A stretch of DNA of 64,000 nt from Acidobacteriota bacterium (GTDB lineage Bacteria > Acidobacteriota > UBA6911 > RPQK01 > JAJDTT01): assembly GCA_965217775.1 (NCBI GenBank), contig CBDCJH010000002.1:1664001-1728000 (forward strand), in the 5' to 3' direction. Both the position numbers and the translations under genes were made by a program. This document shows positions 53,553-63,265 of this stretch, in pieces (the stretch's first letter is position 1; each line of letters opens with the position of its first letter). The notes beneath the pieces are model-generated. The model had not been told where the DNA came from, did no database searches, and saw nothing but the letters and a program-made list of their open reading frames with translations.

Positions 53553-56512
53553 TAGCAAGAGAAGATGTGCCGGTAGATTTGTCGAATGGCGGTGGATTCG
53601 ATCCGATAGCGCTCCAGAAGCGAGTCCCCCGAGTCCAAATCCATGAGGCGAGCCGTGATTGCACACCGGGACGGATCGCGGGGTAGTCTGGTCACCGGAC
53701 TTTCAGCCAGTAGTCGCTGCAGAGCCTCGAGGTGGAAGAGAAATCCCGCGCCCCGGCTCAGGACCTTCCCCTCATCAGGATCGAGATGACCCGACTCGAC
53801 AAGTCTGGAGATGCCGAACCGAGTCCCTCTTCCCTCGATCCCGTGTTGCAACTGCAGATACTTTACCACGAACTGGATATCCATCAGCCCACCGCGGCCG
53901 ACCTTGAAATCGTAGTTGACTCCAGCTTTTTCCTTTCCCACCTCCCGCTCCTGGCGCCGGCGGACGTGGTCCAGCTCCCGAACCTGGTCCTGGGTGAAGG
54001 GCTGGACGTTCCAGATCAGATGCCTCAGGTCCAGGGGTTTTCCCTGGCTGTAGACAGGACGAAGACTGGCGTAGGCCATTCGTTCCCAGGGGTCGGCTCG
54101 GGTCGCGAAGTAGCGCTCAAGCGCCGGGAAGGGAATTGCCAATGCCCCGTGCCGTCCATCGGGACGCAACCGGAAATCCATCAGGTACGCCCGCCCCTGA
54201 TCGGTATAGGTCTCCAGCTCCTGAATCAGTCTCCGAACCAGGCGCACGAAGAGTATGGACAGATCCTGGTCCGGACGGAGTCCGTAAACCAGCAGCAGAT
54301 CCAGATCGGAGTGATAGGTCATCTGCCGCTCTCCCAGCTTTCCCAGAGCCAGGAGGCAGAAGGTCTCTTCCCGAAGAGCAGGGAAGTCCCGGAGAATCTC
54401 TCGCATGACGTGACGGAGACAGTTGTCGGCCAGGTGACTGAGGCGGAGCCTGGTCCCGGCGGTCCCCGGTTCCAACAGATCGTGGAGCGCCACCTTGAAC
54501 TCCTCCCGGCGCTTGAAGACCCGCAAGGCGATCCTCCGATCCTTGGCCCCCTTAGCCAACTGCTCCAGCGGTTTCCGCATACCGGGCGCATCGTCCTCCA
54601 AAGGCGGAAGCCGGGAGACCGAATCCAGCAACTCGGGATTGTGGATCAGGGTCTCGGACAAGAACTCGCTGGTCGCCAACACGGTCAAGAGGGTCTTCCG
54701 GAAAAGACGGTTCTCTATGAGTTCGGAATAGAGATCGGCGCGGGCCTGGAGCGACTCGCTGAAGCGGTCCAGGCGGGTGAACAGATGGGAGGCTTTCGAT
54801 GCCAAGTCGATGTAGTCGATCAGGTGAGGCACCAGGTTGGCCAGGAGATTCCGCATCCGGCTGGGCGAATTGGGGAAAGACGGGGCCTTCTCCAGAACCG
54901 CGATGCCCTCCAGGACACCCGGGTCCCGGATACCGTTGGCTCGGAGAATCTCCAATGCCTCCTCCCGGCTCATATCCGAGTTGAGCACCAGCCGTTCCAG
55001 ACCGCGCTGGGTCGGATCCTTCCCGAACAACGACTCGAATATTCGCCGGACCTGGCCTTTCCTTTGCTCCAGTTCTTCCAGGAACGAGTCGGTCTCCGGC
55101 TCGGCCCCCGGAGCGTTCGCCCCCGCACCGAAGCCCAAACGCCGGGCCAGGCGCAGCAGCTTTCCCGGATCCCGGGGAAGACGATGGGTCTGCAAGTCAT
55201 GGACGAGCTGCAACTTGTGCTCGACGTCCCGGAGAAACAGGTAATTTTTGCGAAGCGTCCGATGGTCGTCGGCGGAGATGAGTCCGCCGTCCAGCAAGCG
55301 GTCCAGGGCATCCAGGGTGTTGGGAGTTCTGAGCCCTGGCTGGGACCCGCCGTAAAGGAGCTGGAAGACTTGGGCGAAGAACTCGATTTCCCGAATCCCG
55401 CCCCGGCCCAACTTGACGTCCCAGGTTTCGCTCCCCCCCTGTTCCGATTGGCGCTCCGCCCGCCGCTTGAGCCACCGAACCTCCTCGATGGCGGCAAAAT
55501 CCAGATATCGCTTGTAAACGAATTCCTCCTGAACGATTGCCACCAATTTCCCGCCCAACGCGGCGCTTCCCGCCACCTGCCGGCACTTGATCAGCGCCAA
55601 GCGGTCGGGTGTGTCCCCCCAGGTCTGGTAATAGGAGCGGTAGGCATCCAACGAATACACGATCTCCCCGGACCTGCCCATGGGCCGCAACCGGAGATCG
55701 ACTCGGTAAAGCCTTCCCTCGGCCGTAATGGTGGACAGCGCCCGCGTCAGATCGCGGGCAAAGCGGGCCGTGCGTCCGAAATCGGTCCCATCGGCACGGA
55801 CGTACAGGAGATCGACGTCGGAGCTGAAATTCAGCTCTTCTCCTCCCAGCTTCCCCAGTGCCAATACCGAAAAATCGGATTTCGATTCCAGCCCCGACGG
55901 CGCCAGCAGGTCGAAGGTCCGCTCCAGCACGGCGTCGGCGAGGTGGGACACTTGGCGAGCCGTCTGGTCCGGCGTGCAGAAATCCAGGATGTCCTGCGCG
56001 GCGATCCGGAGAGTCTCTTGCCGGCGAAGCCGGCGAAGCGACTCGAGAGCCGCCTCCGAACCTTCGGACGGACCCGCCGCCCGGGCCCGCGCCAGGAAGT
56101 AATCCCTGTCTGGAATCGATTCCAGCCGATTCCCCTCCAGGAGCCAATCGACGTAGTCGGGGCTCCGCAGCAGGAGCTGGGCCAAGTAGGTCGAGGCGCC
56201 CAGAATCCGGGACAGGATCCTCAGCGCACGTGGCTTTTGACTCAGCAGGTCGAGAAAAGCATCAGCACTGGACGCCGATTCGATCAGCGTTGCCAGATGG
56301 AGGATCACGGCGTCCGGATCGGCGGCTCCAAGGGCCTCCCGAAACAGATTCTCGGCAAATTCGGGTAATTCGGGGCGGTCGCCGCTCACCCGGCGAATTG
56401 CCCGAAGACTCTGAGCGACTCGGGAGGGGTTGCGGAAACCGGACCGGGCGAGAACCCGGCTGACCTCCTGGTTGGAAAAGCGGGAGGACAGGAAGAATTC
56501 CCGGGCGCGCAT
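53552..56512 (-). CDS. glnE: Bifunctional glutamine synthetase adenylyltransferase/deadenylyltransferase
   Basis: Two NTase domains: LGKLGGEELNFSSDVDL..VDLRLRP and LGKLGERQMTYHSDLDL..DFRLRP; KLGRGGIREIEF. Confidence 0.93.
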   Translation of the reverse strand: MRAREFFLSSRFSNQEVSRVLARSGFRNPSRVAQSLRAIRRVSGDRPELPEFAENLFREALGAADPDAVILHLATLIESASSADAFLDLLSQKPRALRILSRILGASTYLAQLLLRSPDYVDWLLEGNRLESIPDRDYFLARARAAGPSEGSEAALESLRRLRRQETLRIAAQDILDFCTPDQTARQVSHLADAVLERTFDLLAPSGLESKSDFSVLALGKLGGEELNFSSDVDLLYVRADGTDFGRTARFARDLTRALSTITAEGRLYRVDLRLRPMGRSGEIVYSLDAYRSYYQTWGDTPDRLALIKCRQVAGSAALGGKLVAIVQEEFVYKRYLDFAAIEEVRWLKRRAERQSEQGGSETWDVKLGRGGIREIEFFAQVFQLLYGGSQPGLRTPNTLDALDRLLDGGLISADDHRTLRKNYLFLRDVEHKLQLVHDLQTHRLPRDPGKLLRLARRLGFGAGANAPGAEPETDSFLEELEQRKGQVRRIFESLFGKDPTQRGLERLVLNSDMSREEALEILRANGIRDPGVLEGIAVLEKAPSFPNSPSRMRNLLANLVPHLIDYIDLASKASHLFTRLDRFSESLQARADLYSELIENRLFRKTLLTVLATSEFLSETLIHNPELLDSVSRLPPLEDDAPGMRKPLEQLAKGAKDRRIALRVFKRREEFKVALHDLLEPGTAGTRLRLSHLADNCLRHVMREILRDFPALREETFCLLALGKLGERQMTYHSDLDLLLVYGLRPDQDLSILFVRLVRRLIQELETYTDQGRAYLMDFRLRPDGRHGALAIPFPALERYFATRADPWERMAYASLRPVYSQGKPLDLRHLIWNVQPFTQDQVRELDHVRRRQEREVGKEKAGVNYDFKVGRGGLMDIQFVVKYLQLQHGIEGRGTRFGISRLVESGHLDPDEGKVLSRGAGFLFHLEALQRLLAESPVTRLPRDPSRCAITARLMDLDSGDSLLERYRIESTAIRQIYRHIFSC

Positions 56513-56527
56513 TCCAGGCGATTCTAG

Positions 56528-56597
56528 CAATCCGTGGCAAAAGTCGTTACGGCGTTCGACGGGTCCCGGCGGTACTCGAGACTGTCACCACGGACTG
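56528..56597 (-). repeat. MITE-like family A, internally deleted copy
   Basis: Both family A ends (CCGTGGCAAAAGTCG.. and ..CACCACGGACTG) without the central part. Confidence 0.7.
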
Positions 56598-56626
56598 CCG
56601 GCACGCATCCGCAAGCAATCATCGAG

Positions 56627-56664
56627 AGTGGACGGGTCGTTCGGTAACTGGAACCACCCGTCCA
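56627..56664 (-). terminator. Stem-loop downstream of glnA
   Basis: GTGGACGGGT..ACCCGTCCAC inverted repeat. Confidence 0.5.
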
Positions 56665-56701
56665 CGGGCACGGCGGCTGTGGAGCCGCAGGGCAGGGAAG
56701 A

Positions 56702-58117
56702 TCAGATGTCGAAGTAAAGAGCGAACTCGTACGGATGCGGTCTCAGGCGCATGGCATCCACTTCACGCTCCCGCTTGTACGCCAACCAGTTCTCGATCAC
56801 ATCCGGAGTGAAAACGTCTCCCTTGAGCAGGAAGTCATGGTCGGCCTCCAAGGCGTCGAGGGCCTCCTCCAGAGTCCCCGGAACCGACTCCACCTGAGCC
56901 ATCTGTTCGGGTGGCAGATCGTAAAGGTCCTTGTCCATGGGATCGGGCGGCATGATCTTGTTCTGAATCCCATCCAGACCGGCCATGAGCATGGCCGCAA
57001 ATGCCAAGTAGCCGTTACAGGACGGATCGGGAGGCCGGAACTCGATCCGCTTGGCCTTTTCGCTGCTGGAGTAGGTGGGGATTCGGACGCAGGCGCTTCG
57101 GTTGCGCATCGAATAGATGAGATTGACGGGCGCCTCGTAACCGGGCACCAGCCGCCGGTAGGAATTCGTGGTCGGAGCACCGAAAGCCAGGACGGCGGCA
57201 GCGTGCTTGAGGAGTCCGCCGATGTAGTAGACCGCGTCCTGACTCAGATCGGCATAGGTGCCGGGGCCGTAGAAGACGTTCCTGCCCTGCTTCCAGAGGC
57301 TCTGATGGCAGTGCATCCCGGAGCCGTTGTCCATGAATATGGGCTTGGGCATCAGGGTGACCGTCTTGTCGTAACGGCGCGCCACGTTCTTGATGATGTA
57401 CTTGAACTTCAGCAGCTTATCTCCCATGTTGACCAGGGAATCGAAGCGCATGTCGATCTCGCATTGGCCGGCCGTGGCCACTTCGTGGTGATGGACTTCC
57501 ACCTCGATGTCGGCGTCTTGGAGAACCAGCATCATCTCCGTCCTCATATCCTGAAGCGTGTCCATGGGAGGAACGGGGAAGTAGCCTTCCTTGTATCGAG
57601 GCTTGTAGCCCAGGTTGGGGTTTTCTTCGCGCCCGCTGTTCCAGAAACCCTCCACCGAATCGATGTAGTAGTAGCCGTGATTGTAGGACTGGTCGAACCG
57701 GACGTCGTCCAGGACGAAAAACTCCGGCTCGGGTCCGAAATAGGCGGTATCGGCGATACCGGTCGACACCAGGTATTTCTCAGCTTTCTGAGTGATGTAG
57801 CGGGGGTCCCGGCTGTATGGTTCCTGGGTGATGGGATCGGCGATGTTGCAGATCAGAATCAGGGTTCTGACCTTGGAAAACGGATCCTCGAAGCAGGTGC
57901 TGGGATCGGGGATCAGGATCATGTCGCTTTCCTGAATCTGCTGAAAGCCCCGAATGCTGGACCCGTCAAAACCAAACCCATCGGTGAAGCTGTCCTCGTC
58001 CAGATCGCCGGCGGCGATGGTAAAGTGCTGCCACAGTCCCGGCAGGTCGCAGAACCGCAGATCCACGACCTTGAGCTGCTGATCTCGAATCAGATTAACT
58101 ACTTCTCTGGCATCCAT
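56702..58117 (-). CDS. glnA: Glutamine synthetase type I (resident copy)
   Basis: [52 protein letters not shown], adenylylation site KDLYDL; linked to glnE. Confidence 0.97.
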   Translation of the reverse strand: MDAREVVNLIRDQQLKVVDLRFCDLPGLWQHFTIAAGDLDEDSFTDGFGFDGSSIRGFQQIQESDMILIPDPSTCFEDPFSKVRTLILICNIADPITQEPYSRDPRYITQKAEKYLVSTGIADTAYFGPEPEFFVLDDVRFDQSYNHGYYYIDSVEGFWNSGREENPNLGYKPRYKEGYFPVPPMDTLQDMRTEMMLVLQDADIEVEVHHHEVATAGQCEIDMRFDSLVNMGDKLLKFKYIIKNVARRYDKTVTLMPKPIFMDNGSGMHCHQSLWKQGRNVFYGPGTYADLSQDAVYYIGGLLKHAAAVLAFGAPTTNSYRRLVPGYEAPVNLIYSMRNRSACVRIPTYSSSEKAKRIEFRPPDPSCNGYLAFAAMLMAGLDGIQNKIMPPDPMDKDLYDLPPEQMAQVESVPGTLEEALDALEADHDFLLKGDVFTPDVIENWLAYKREREVDAMRLRPHPYEFALYFDI

Positions 58118-58162
58118 AAGCGAGGGCCCTCCTTATGCCGGTTCTTGGACTGTTCGTGTAAA

Positions 58163-58178
58163 GGCAACGAGCGTTGCC
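58163..58178. promoter_or_regulatory. Perfect palindrome upstream of glnA (candidate operator)
   Basis: GGCAACG-AG-CGTTGCC, 45 nt upstream of the start codon. Confidence 0.35.
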
Positions 58179-58282
58179 AAGCTTCCGCCTGCAGAAATGG
58201 TAAAATGACTCGCTCCGCCTCGAAAGACCCCTCTTGTTTTTTAATTTCGGAAAACCGTCTTGTCGCCGGGGAAGGGCCATAT

Positions 58283-58441
58283 CAGTCCGTGGTGAAAGTC
58301 CCGCGAGCACCGAAACCGATCCTGCGCCCGCCGGACCAGGCACAACGGAGGGAGCATACCGGGAGTATGTGACCGAGTCGCAACGCAGTCCGCGCCAATC
58401 CAGGGACGGCCGAATGCCGTGACGACTTTTGCCACGGGCTG
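58283..58441 (+). repeat. MITE-like element family A, copy 2
   Basis: TAT-CAGTCCGTGG..CCACGGGCTG-ATA; homologous to 45325-45482. Confidence 0.85.
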
Positions 58442-58466
58442 ATAACCGTCGGCGCGCAACGACTGA

Positions 58467-59045
58467 CTATTGATCTTCGACCGCCTGAGTCTCCATGAAG
58501 TAGTAGGAGACCAGGTGGAGGATCAGGAAGTGGGCTTCCTCGATGTGGCCCATGTGGGACGAATCGACGTGAATGACACTCCGGGCGCAATTAGAGAGCT
58601 CCCCTCCGGATCTCCCCGTAATCCCGACAGTGTCGATTCCGTTCCGGTTGGCCCAGCGGACGGCGTTGATCACGTTCGGAGAATTTCCGCTGCCACTGAA
58701 GGCCAAGAGCAGGTCTCCGCCGCGGCCGAGGTTCCTCAGCTGCTCCACAAAGATCCGGTCGTAGTCGTAGTCGTTGGCGACGGCCGATATCCAGGGAATA
58801 TTGTCGGTGAGGGAAAGGACCCGGAACCGGGGACTGCGGCCGTGGGAAGCCCCCTTTCCCAGATCGTTGGCCAAATGGGATGCGGAGGCCGCGCTGCCGC
58901 CGTTCCCACAGACGAATATCTGCCGCTCGTTCTTCCGGGCGGTTTCCAATCGACTCGCCAGGTCGGCCACCAGATTCTCCGAAACCGTGTTCAGCACCTC
59001 CAGCGAAGTCCTCTTGTAGGCCGCGACGTAACTCTTGATGTCCAT
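58467..59045 (-). CDS. gmhA: SIS-domain phosphoheptose isomerase (GmhA-like)
   Basis: CGNGGSAASASH, SAVAND, SGSGNSPNV, EEAH..LH. Confidence 0.8.
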   Translation of the reverse strand: MDIKSYVAAYKRTSLEVLNTVSENLVADLASRLETARKNERQIFVCGNGGSAASASHLANDLGKGASHGRSPRFRVLSLTDNIPWISAVANDYDYDRIFVEQLRNLGRGGDLLLAFSGSGNSPNVINAVRWANRNGIDTVGITGRSGGELSNCARSVIHVDSSHMGHIEEAHFLILHLVSYYFMETQAVEDQ

Positions 59046-59246
59046 GCCGGAGAATCTCCTCGATCCTGGCGCCGACGATTCGGCTGTGCTCGGAAGCGTA
59101 ACTTCCGGATCGACTCTCCCGCAAGCTCGACCCGGGCTTCGACGACCTGAGCCGACCGCTCTCTGCCGGACGGGGAAGGAAGCGGGACCAGCCCGACCTG
59201 ACCCCGCGAGATCCTGGCGCGAACCTCGTCCGTTCCCATTTCCAGA

Positions 59247-59274
59247 ACGTCGCATAATGAATATTATGTAAACT
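59247..59274 (+). other. dif: dif site (XerC/XerD chromosome dimer resolution)
   Basis: ACGTCGCATAA-TGAATA-TTATGTAAACT matches the 11-6-11 dif architecture (E. coli GGTGCGCATAA TGTATA TTATGTTAAAT); lies in an AT-rich intergenic region; KOPS polarity flips here. Confidence 0.88.
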
Positions 59275-59395
59275 AATGGAACTTGGGGACCGCTCGGTCC
59301 GGCAGTATTAGGAATGCGGAAATATCGTTATTTGAAAGGGATTTAAAGGGAATCAGATGAGAAGTAACCGGAGTATTGGGGTCAAGCCAAGGAGG

Positions 59396-59881
59396 CTACA
59401 TCTTGTATTTGCCCATTTCTTCCGGGTTGAGATTCTCCAGCCACTTGCGCACCTCTTCCGGATCCAGGTTTTCCTTGTCCAGAGTGATGTTGCGGCTGTT
59501 GTTGATGACGTCTTCCGTGACGTAGATGGGGGAGTCGGTTCGGAGGGCCAAGGCGATGGCGTCGCTGGGACGGCTGTCGATGGCGATGGGTTCCCCGTTG
59601 AGCTTGAGATGAATCGACGCGTAGAAGGTGTTGTCCTTGAGTTCCGTGACGACGACCTTGTAGATCTCCGCGTCAAGCTGCATGAGGATGTTCTTGATCA
59701 GGTCGTGGGTCATGGGACGGGGCGTGTCGATCCGCTCCACCTGGAGCGCAATGGCGTTGGCCTCGAAGATCCCGACCCAGATCGGCAGGAGCGTGTTCTT
59801 CTTCACGTCCTGGAGGATGATGATCGGAGAATTGGTGATGGGATCCATCATCAGCCCGCGAATTTTGAACTCTCGCTCCAT
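59396..59881 (-). CDS. Bifunctional nuclease family protein (DUF151/BFN)
   Basis: LPIWVGIFEANAI, PRPMTHDL, IDSRPSDAIALA. Confidence 0.92.
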   Translation of the reverse strand: MEREFKIRGLMMDPITNSPIIILQDVKKNTLLPIWVGIFEANAIALQVERIDTPRPMTHDLIKNILMQLDAEIYKVVVTELKDNTFYASIHLKLNGEPIAIDSRPSDAIALALRTDSPIYVTEDVINNSRNITLDKENLDPEEVRKWLENLNPEEMGKYKM

Positions 59882-59889
59882 GTGGACTC

Positions 59890-61239
59890 CTAACGGTTTG
59901 TCCCGGGACCAATTCTGGCGCCCAGAAGACTGTTGGCTCCGATTCCGGTGATGTGGACCTCGGCGAAGGAACCGGGAGGATCCTGGCCGGGGAAATTGAC
60001 CACCTTGTTGGTCGCCGTTCTTCCGAAGATCTTCTCGCCGTCTCGCGAGGTCCCTTCCACCAGGACCTCGAATTCCCTTCCCAGATACCGGTCCCGGTGG
60101 ATTTCGAGCTGGATCTCTTTCTGGCGGCGTTGCAACTGCATGAGACGGCGGGTCCGGTCCAGGCTGGTTTGATCGTCCGTCCAGTGCTCGGCGTCCGTGT
60201 AGGGCCGGGGGGAGTATTTGAAGGAGAACATGGACTCGTAGCGGACCCTTTCCAAGAGGCTCATGGTCTGCTGAAAATCGGCTTCCGTCTCCCCCGGAAA
60301 TCCGACGATCACGTCGGTGGAAATCGCGAAATCAGGATTCCAACGGCGAAACTTCTCGACGATCTCCAGGTACCGCTCCCGGGTGTACTGCCGCCGCATT
60401 CGCTTGAGAATCGGATTGGACCCGCTCTGGACCGGCAGGTGGACCTGGGAGCAGATTCGCGGTTCCTGCGCCATCAGTGCGATGGCGTCGTCATTGAACT
60501 CGCGCGGATGCGGAGACGTGAACCGGATTCGCCGGATTCCATCGACCCGGGCCACCTGGGCCAGGAGCTGGGCGAAGCGGAACCGGGGCCGCTGCGGGTC
60601 TCGATAACTGTTGACCGTCTGTCCCAGCAGGACGATCTCCACGAATCCCAGATCGGCCGCGCGCCGGACTTCTTCCAAAATGGCTTCGGCGGGCCGATTC
60701 CGTTCCTTGCCCCGGGTAAAAGGCACGATGCAGAAGGTACAGCGCTTGTTACAGCCCTCCATGATGGTGATCTGGGCTCTGAACCGGCTGGAGCGCAGCA
60801 CCGGTTCAATCTCGACCGGTATCGAGTCCGCCAGGAACTCGGTACGGACCCGCCGGGACGGATCCTGGTCCAAATCCTTGGAATCCAACTCGTCCAGGAG
60901 GTCGGGCAACGAGTGGTAGAGGTGGGTTCCCACAACCAGGTCCAGAAACGGAACCTTCTTCAGCATCCGCTCGCCCTCTTGCTGGGCCACGCAGCCCACC
61001 ACTCCGATTCTGAAGTTGTCCTCCCTCCGCTTTCGCGCCTTCATCCGTCCCAGACGGCTGTAGACCTTCTGGACCGCCTTCTCGCGGACGCTGCAGGTGT
61101 TGAGGAGGAAGAGGTCCGCTTCCTCGGGAGTCGAGGCCGGAATCATCCCGCGATGAACCAGGAGCCCGGAGATCTTCTCCGAGTCATGCACGTTCATCTG
61201 GCATCCGAAGGTTTCGATGAAAAAGCGCTCAGACCGCAT
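59890..61239 (-). CDS. miaB: tRNA-2-methylthio-N6-dimethylallyladenosine synthase
   Basis: TFGCQMNVHDSE, NTCSVRE, CNKRCTFC (radical SAM), C-terminal TRAM domain. Confidence 0.95.
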   Translation of the reverse strand: MRSERFFIETFGCQMNVHDSEKISGLLVHRGMIPASTPEEADLFLLNTCSVREKAVQKVYSRLGRMKARKRREDNFRIGVVGCVAQQEGERMLKKVPFLDLVVGTHLYHSLPDLLDELDSKDLDQDPSRRVRTEFLADSIPVEIEPVLRSSRFRAQITIMEGCNKRCTFCIVPFTRGKERNRPAEAILEEVRRAADLGFVEIVLLGQTVNSYRDPQRPRFRFAQLLAQVARVDGIRRIRFTSPHPREFNDDAIALMAQEPRICSQVHLPVQSGSNPILKRMRRQYTRERYLEIVEKFRRWNPDFAISTDVIVGFPGETEADFQQTMSLLERVRYESMFSFKYSPRPYTDAEHWTDDQTSLDRTRRLMQLQRRQKEIQLEIHRDRYLGREFEVLVEGTSRDGEKIFGRTATNKVVNFPGQDPPGSFAEVHITGIGANSLLGARIGPGTNR

Positions 61240-61370
61240 TGATCAGATCCCGCATGCCCGGAGGCCACGATTCGCCCGGCCCGACCGGGCTCGAGGCGTT
61301 CGGCCCCCGCGACGGAGTTCATTCTAGCCGAAGCCCGAAAGCCGAAACAATTGAGACCATCAAAACGGGA

Positions 61371-63095
61371 TCAGGTGGGCTGCGGTTTCGGTCGCTGAGA
61401 ATCGGCCCGGGATTCCGGGCGGGTGGCGGCCGCCGCCCGTCGAAGCAGCTCCCGGGCCTGCCGGAGAGTCGTCTCCGTCAACGAATCGCCGGCCGTCATG
61501 CGGGCCAATTCCCTGACCCGCTCGTCTGCATCCAGGATCCGGACCTGAATCACGGTTCTTCCCTCGTGGATTCCTTTGTCCACGTGCAAATGGCGCGTTG
61601 CGTGGCAGGCCAACTGAGGCCAGTGGGAGACGCAGAACACCTGGTCGCGGCGCGCCAACCGGGCCAATTTCAGACCTACGGTCGACGCCACCCGCCCCCC
61701 GATTCCGGCATCCACCTCATCGAAGACCAAGGTCTTGGAATAGGGTGTGAATGCGACCACCGAATTCAGGGCCAACGTGATCCGCGAGAGCTCCCCTCCC
61801 GACGCGGTGCGTCCCAATGGCCGGGGCGATTCCCCGGGATTGGGACTGATGAGGAATTCCGCCGTATCCGTTCCCTGCCCCGACTGGACCGACTCGTCGG
61901 TTTCGATCCGGACCCGAAATACACAGTTGCCCATGGCCAGTTGGGAGAGCTCGCCCTCAACCCGCCGGCAGAATTCCTCGGCATCTGCACGGCGTTTCCG
62001 GGAGAGCTTCCGCGACAGAGCAAGATACTTGGATTCAAGATCTTGCTCCTCCCGGATCCACTCCTCCTCCTGGCCCCGGGAGAAGTCCACCGACTCCAAT
62101 TCTTTCCGGATCTTTGCCTGGTGGTCCAGGACCTCCTCCAATGACGGCCCGTACTTCCTCTTGACACCCTCCAAGGCCGAGAGTCGTTCGCCGACCTGGT
62201 CCAGCCGTGCCGCGTCCCACTGGATCGATGCGGCGTAGTCCCGCAATTCCAGACCCACTTCCTCCACCTGATATCGGAGGTCGAGGCTGCGCTCGGCCAC
62301 GGTCTCCATTTCCGGGTCGAGCCGGCCGAGATCGTAAAGCCGCTTTTGAGCGTGATCCAGGAGAGAGAGAACACTTTCCTCCTGATCGTAAAGCAGCCGA
62401 AAGCTCTCGTATGCGGCCTGGTGCCGGCTTTCCGCCGTCGCCAGGAGATCCCGTTCCCGTTCCAGCTTCCGATCCATTCCCGGTTCCAGGGCGAGCTGTT
62501 CCAGCTCCGACAACCGGTAACGCAGAGTGTTCATTCTCTCGAGGCGCCGGCTCGCGCCATCACGGAGGCGTTCGAGACGCCGGCGAACCGCCATCAGATC
62601 GACGTAGACCTGCCGGACACGGTCCGTGAGTTCCCCGTTCTCGCCAAAACCGTCCAGGTGCCGAAGGTGGGTGCGAGGCTGCAACAGGCTCTGCTGATCA
62701 TGCTGTCCATGGATGTCCGCCATCAGGCTTCCCAACCGGGTCAGGACCCCCAGTGTCGAGAGCTTCCCATTGATGAAAATCCGATTGGCTCCGGTCCGGG
62801 AAATCTCCCTCCGAATCAGGATTTCGTCGCCCTCGGTTTCCAGACCCGTTTTCTCGATAGAGGACCAGGCGGGATGCCCGAGATCCAGGGCAAAAACGCC
62901 TTCGACCCGGGCCTTTTCGAAGCCCTCTCGTATCATCTCCTGCGAGGCCCGTTCCCCCGCCAGGAGGGAGACCGAATCGACCAGGATCGATTTTCCCGAC
63001 CCGGTCTCGCCGGTGATCAGATTGAACCCCGGCGCAAACTCCAGATCGAGCCGGTCAATGAGCGCGAAGTTACTGATACGAAGGTAGTTGAGCAT
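61371..63095 (-). CDS. recN: DNA repair protein RecN
   Basis: TGETGSGKS, IHGQHDQQ, ASGGELSR, VFDEVDAGIGG. Confidence 0.96.
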   Translation of the reverse strand: MLNYLRISNFALIDRLDLEFAPGFNLITGETGSGKSILVDSVSLLAGERASQEMIREGFEKARVEGVFALDLGHPAWSSIEKTGLETEGDEILIRREISRTGANRIFINGKLSTLGVLTRLGSLMADIHGQHDQQSLLQPRTHLRHLDGFGENGELTDRVRQVYVDLMAVRRRLERLRDGASRRLERMNTLRYRLSELEQLALEPGMDRKLERERDLLATAESRHQAAYESFRLLYDQEESVLSLLDHAQKRLYDLGRLDPEMETVAERSLDLRYQVEEVGLELRDYAASIQWDAARLDQVGERLSALEGVKRKYGPSLEEVLDHQAKIRKELESVDFSRGQEEEWIREEQDLESKYLALSRKLSRKRRADAEEFCRRVEGELSQLAMGNCVFRVRIETDESVQSGQGTDTAEFLISPNPGESPRPLGRTASGGELSRITLALNSVVAFTPYSKTLVFDEVDAGIGGRVASTVGLKLARLARRDQVFCVSHWPQLACHATRHLHVDKGIHEGRTVIQVRILDADERVRELARMTAGDSLTETTLRQARELLRRAAAATRPESRADSQRPKPQPT

Positions 63096-63265
63096 TCCGC
63101 GTCGAGAGGAGACGAGGTCCGGTTCCGCCCCGGGACGAGAACCAGGAATCATTATAGGAAAACCGAGCCGATTCCGGGAGAGGCCGGACGCCCGATATGT
63201 GACATAGGCCTAGTTTACAATTTCCTGGGCTGTATTTGGAGGAACTCGACCGTGGCGCCGGGGGA

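Noticed and set aside
58162-58180. Canonical sigma54 promoter for glnA
   Set aside because: GG-to-GC spacing is 11 rather than 10; kept only as a candidate operator
53732-58372. Very long + strand ORFs (878 aa and 545 aa), and similar ones opposite pyc, guaA, glnD, nadE and miaB
   Set aside because: Antisense shadows of well-conserved genes, as expected with high GC3 codon bias
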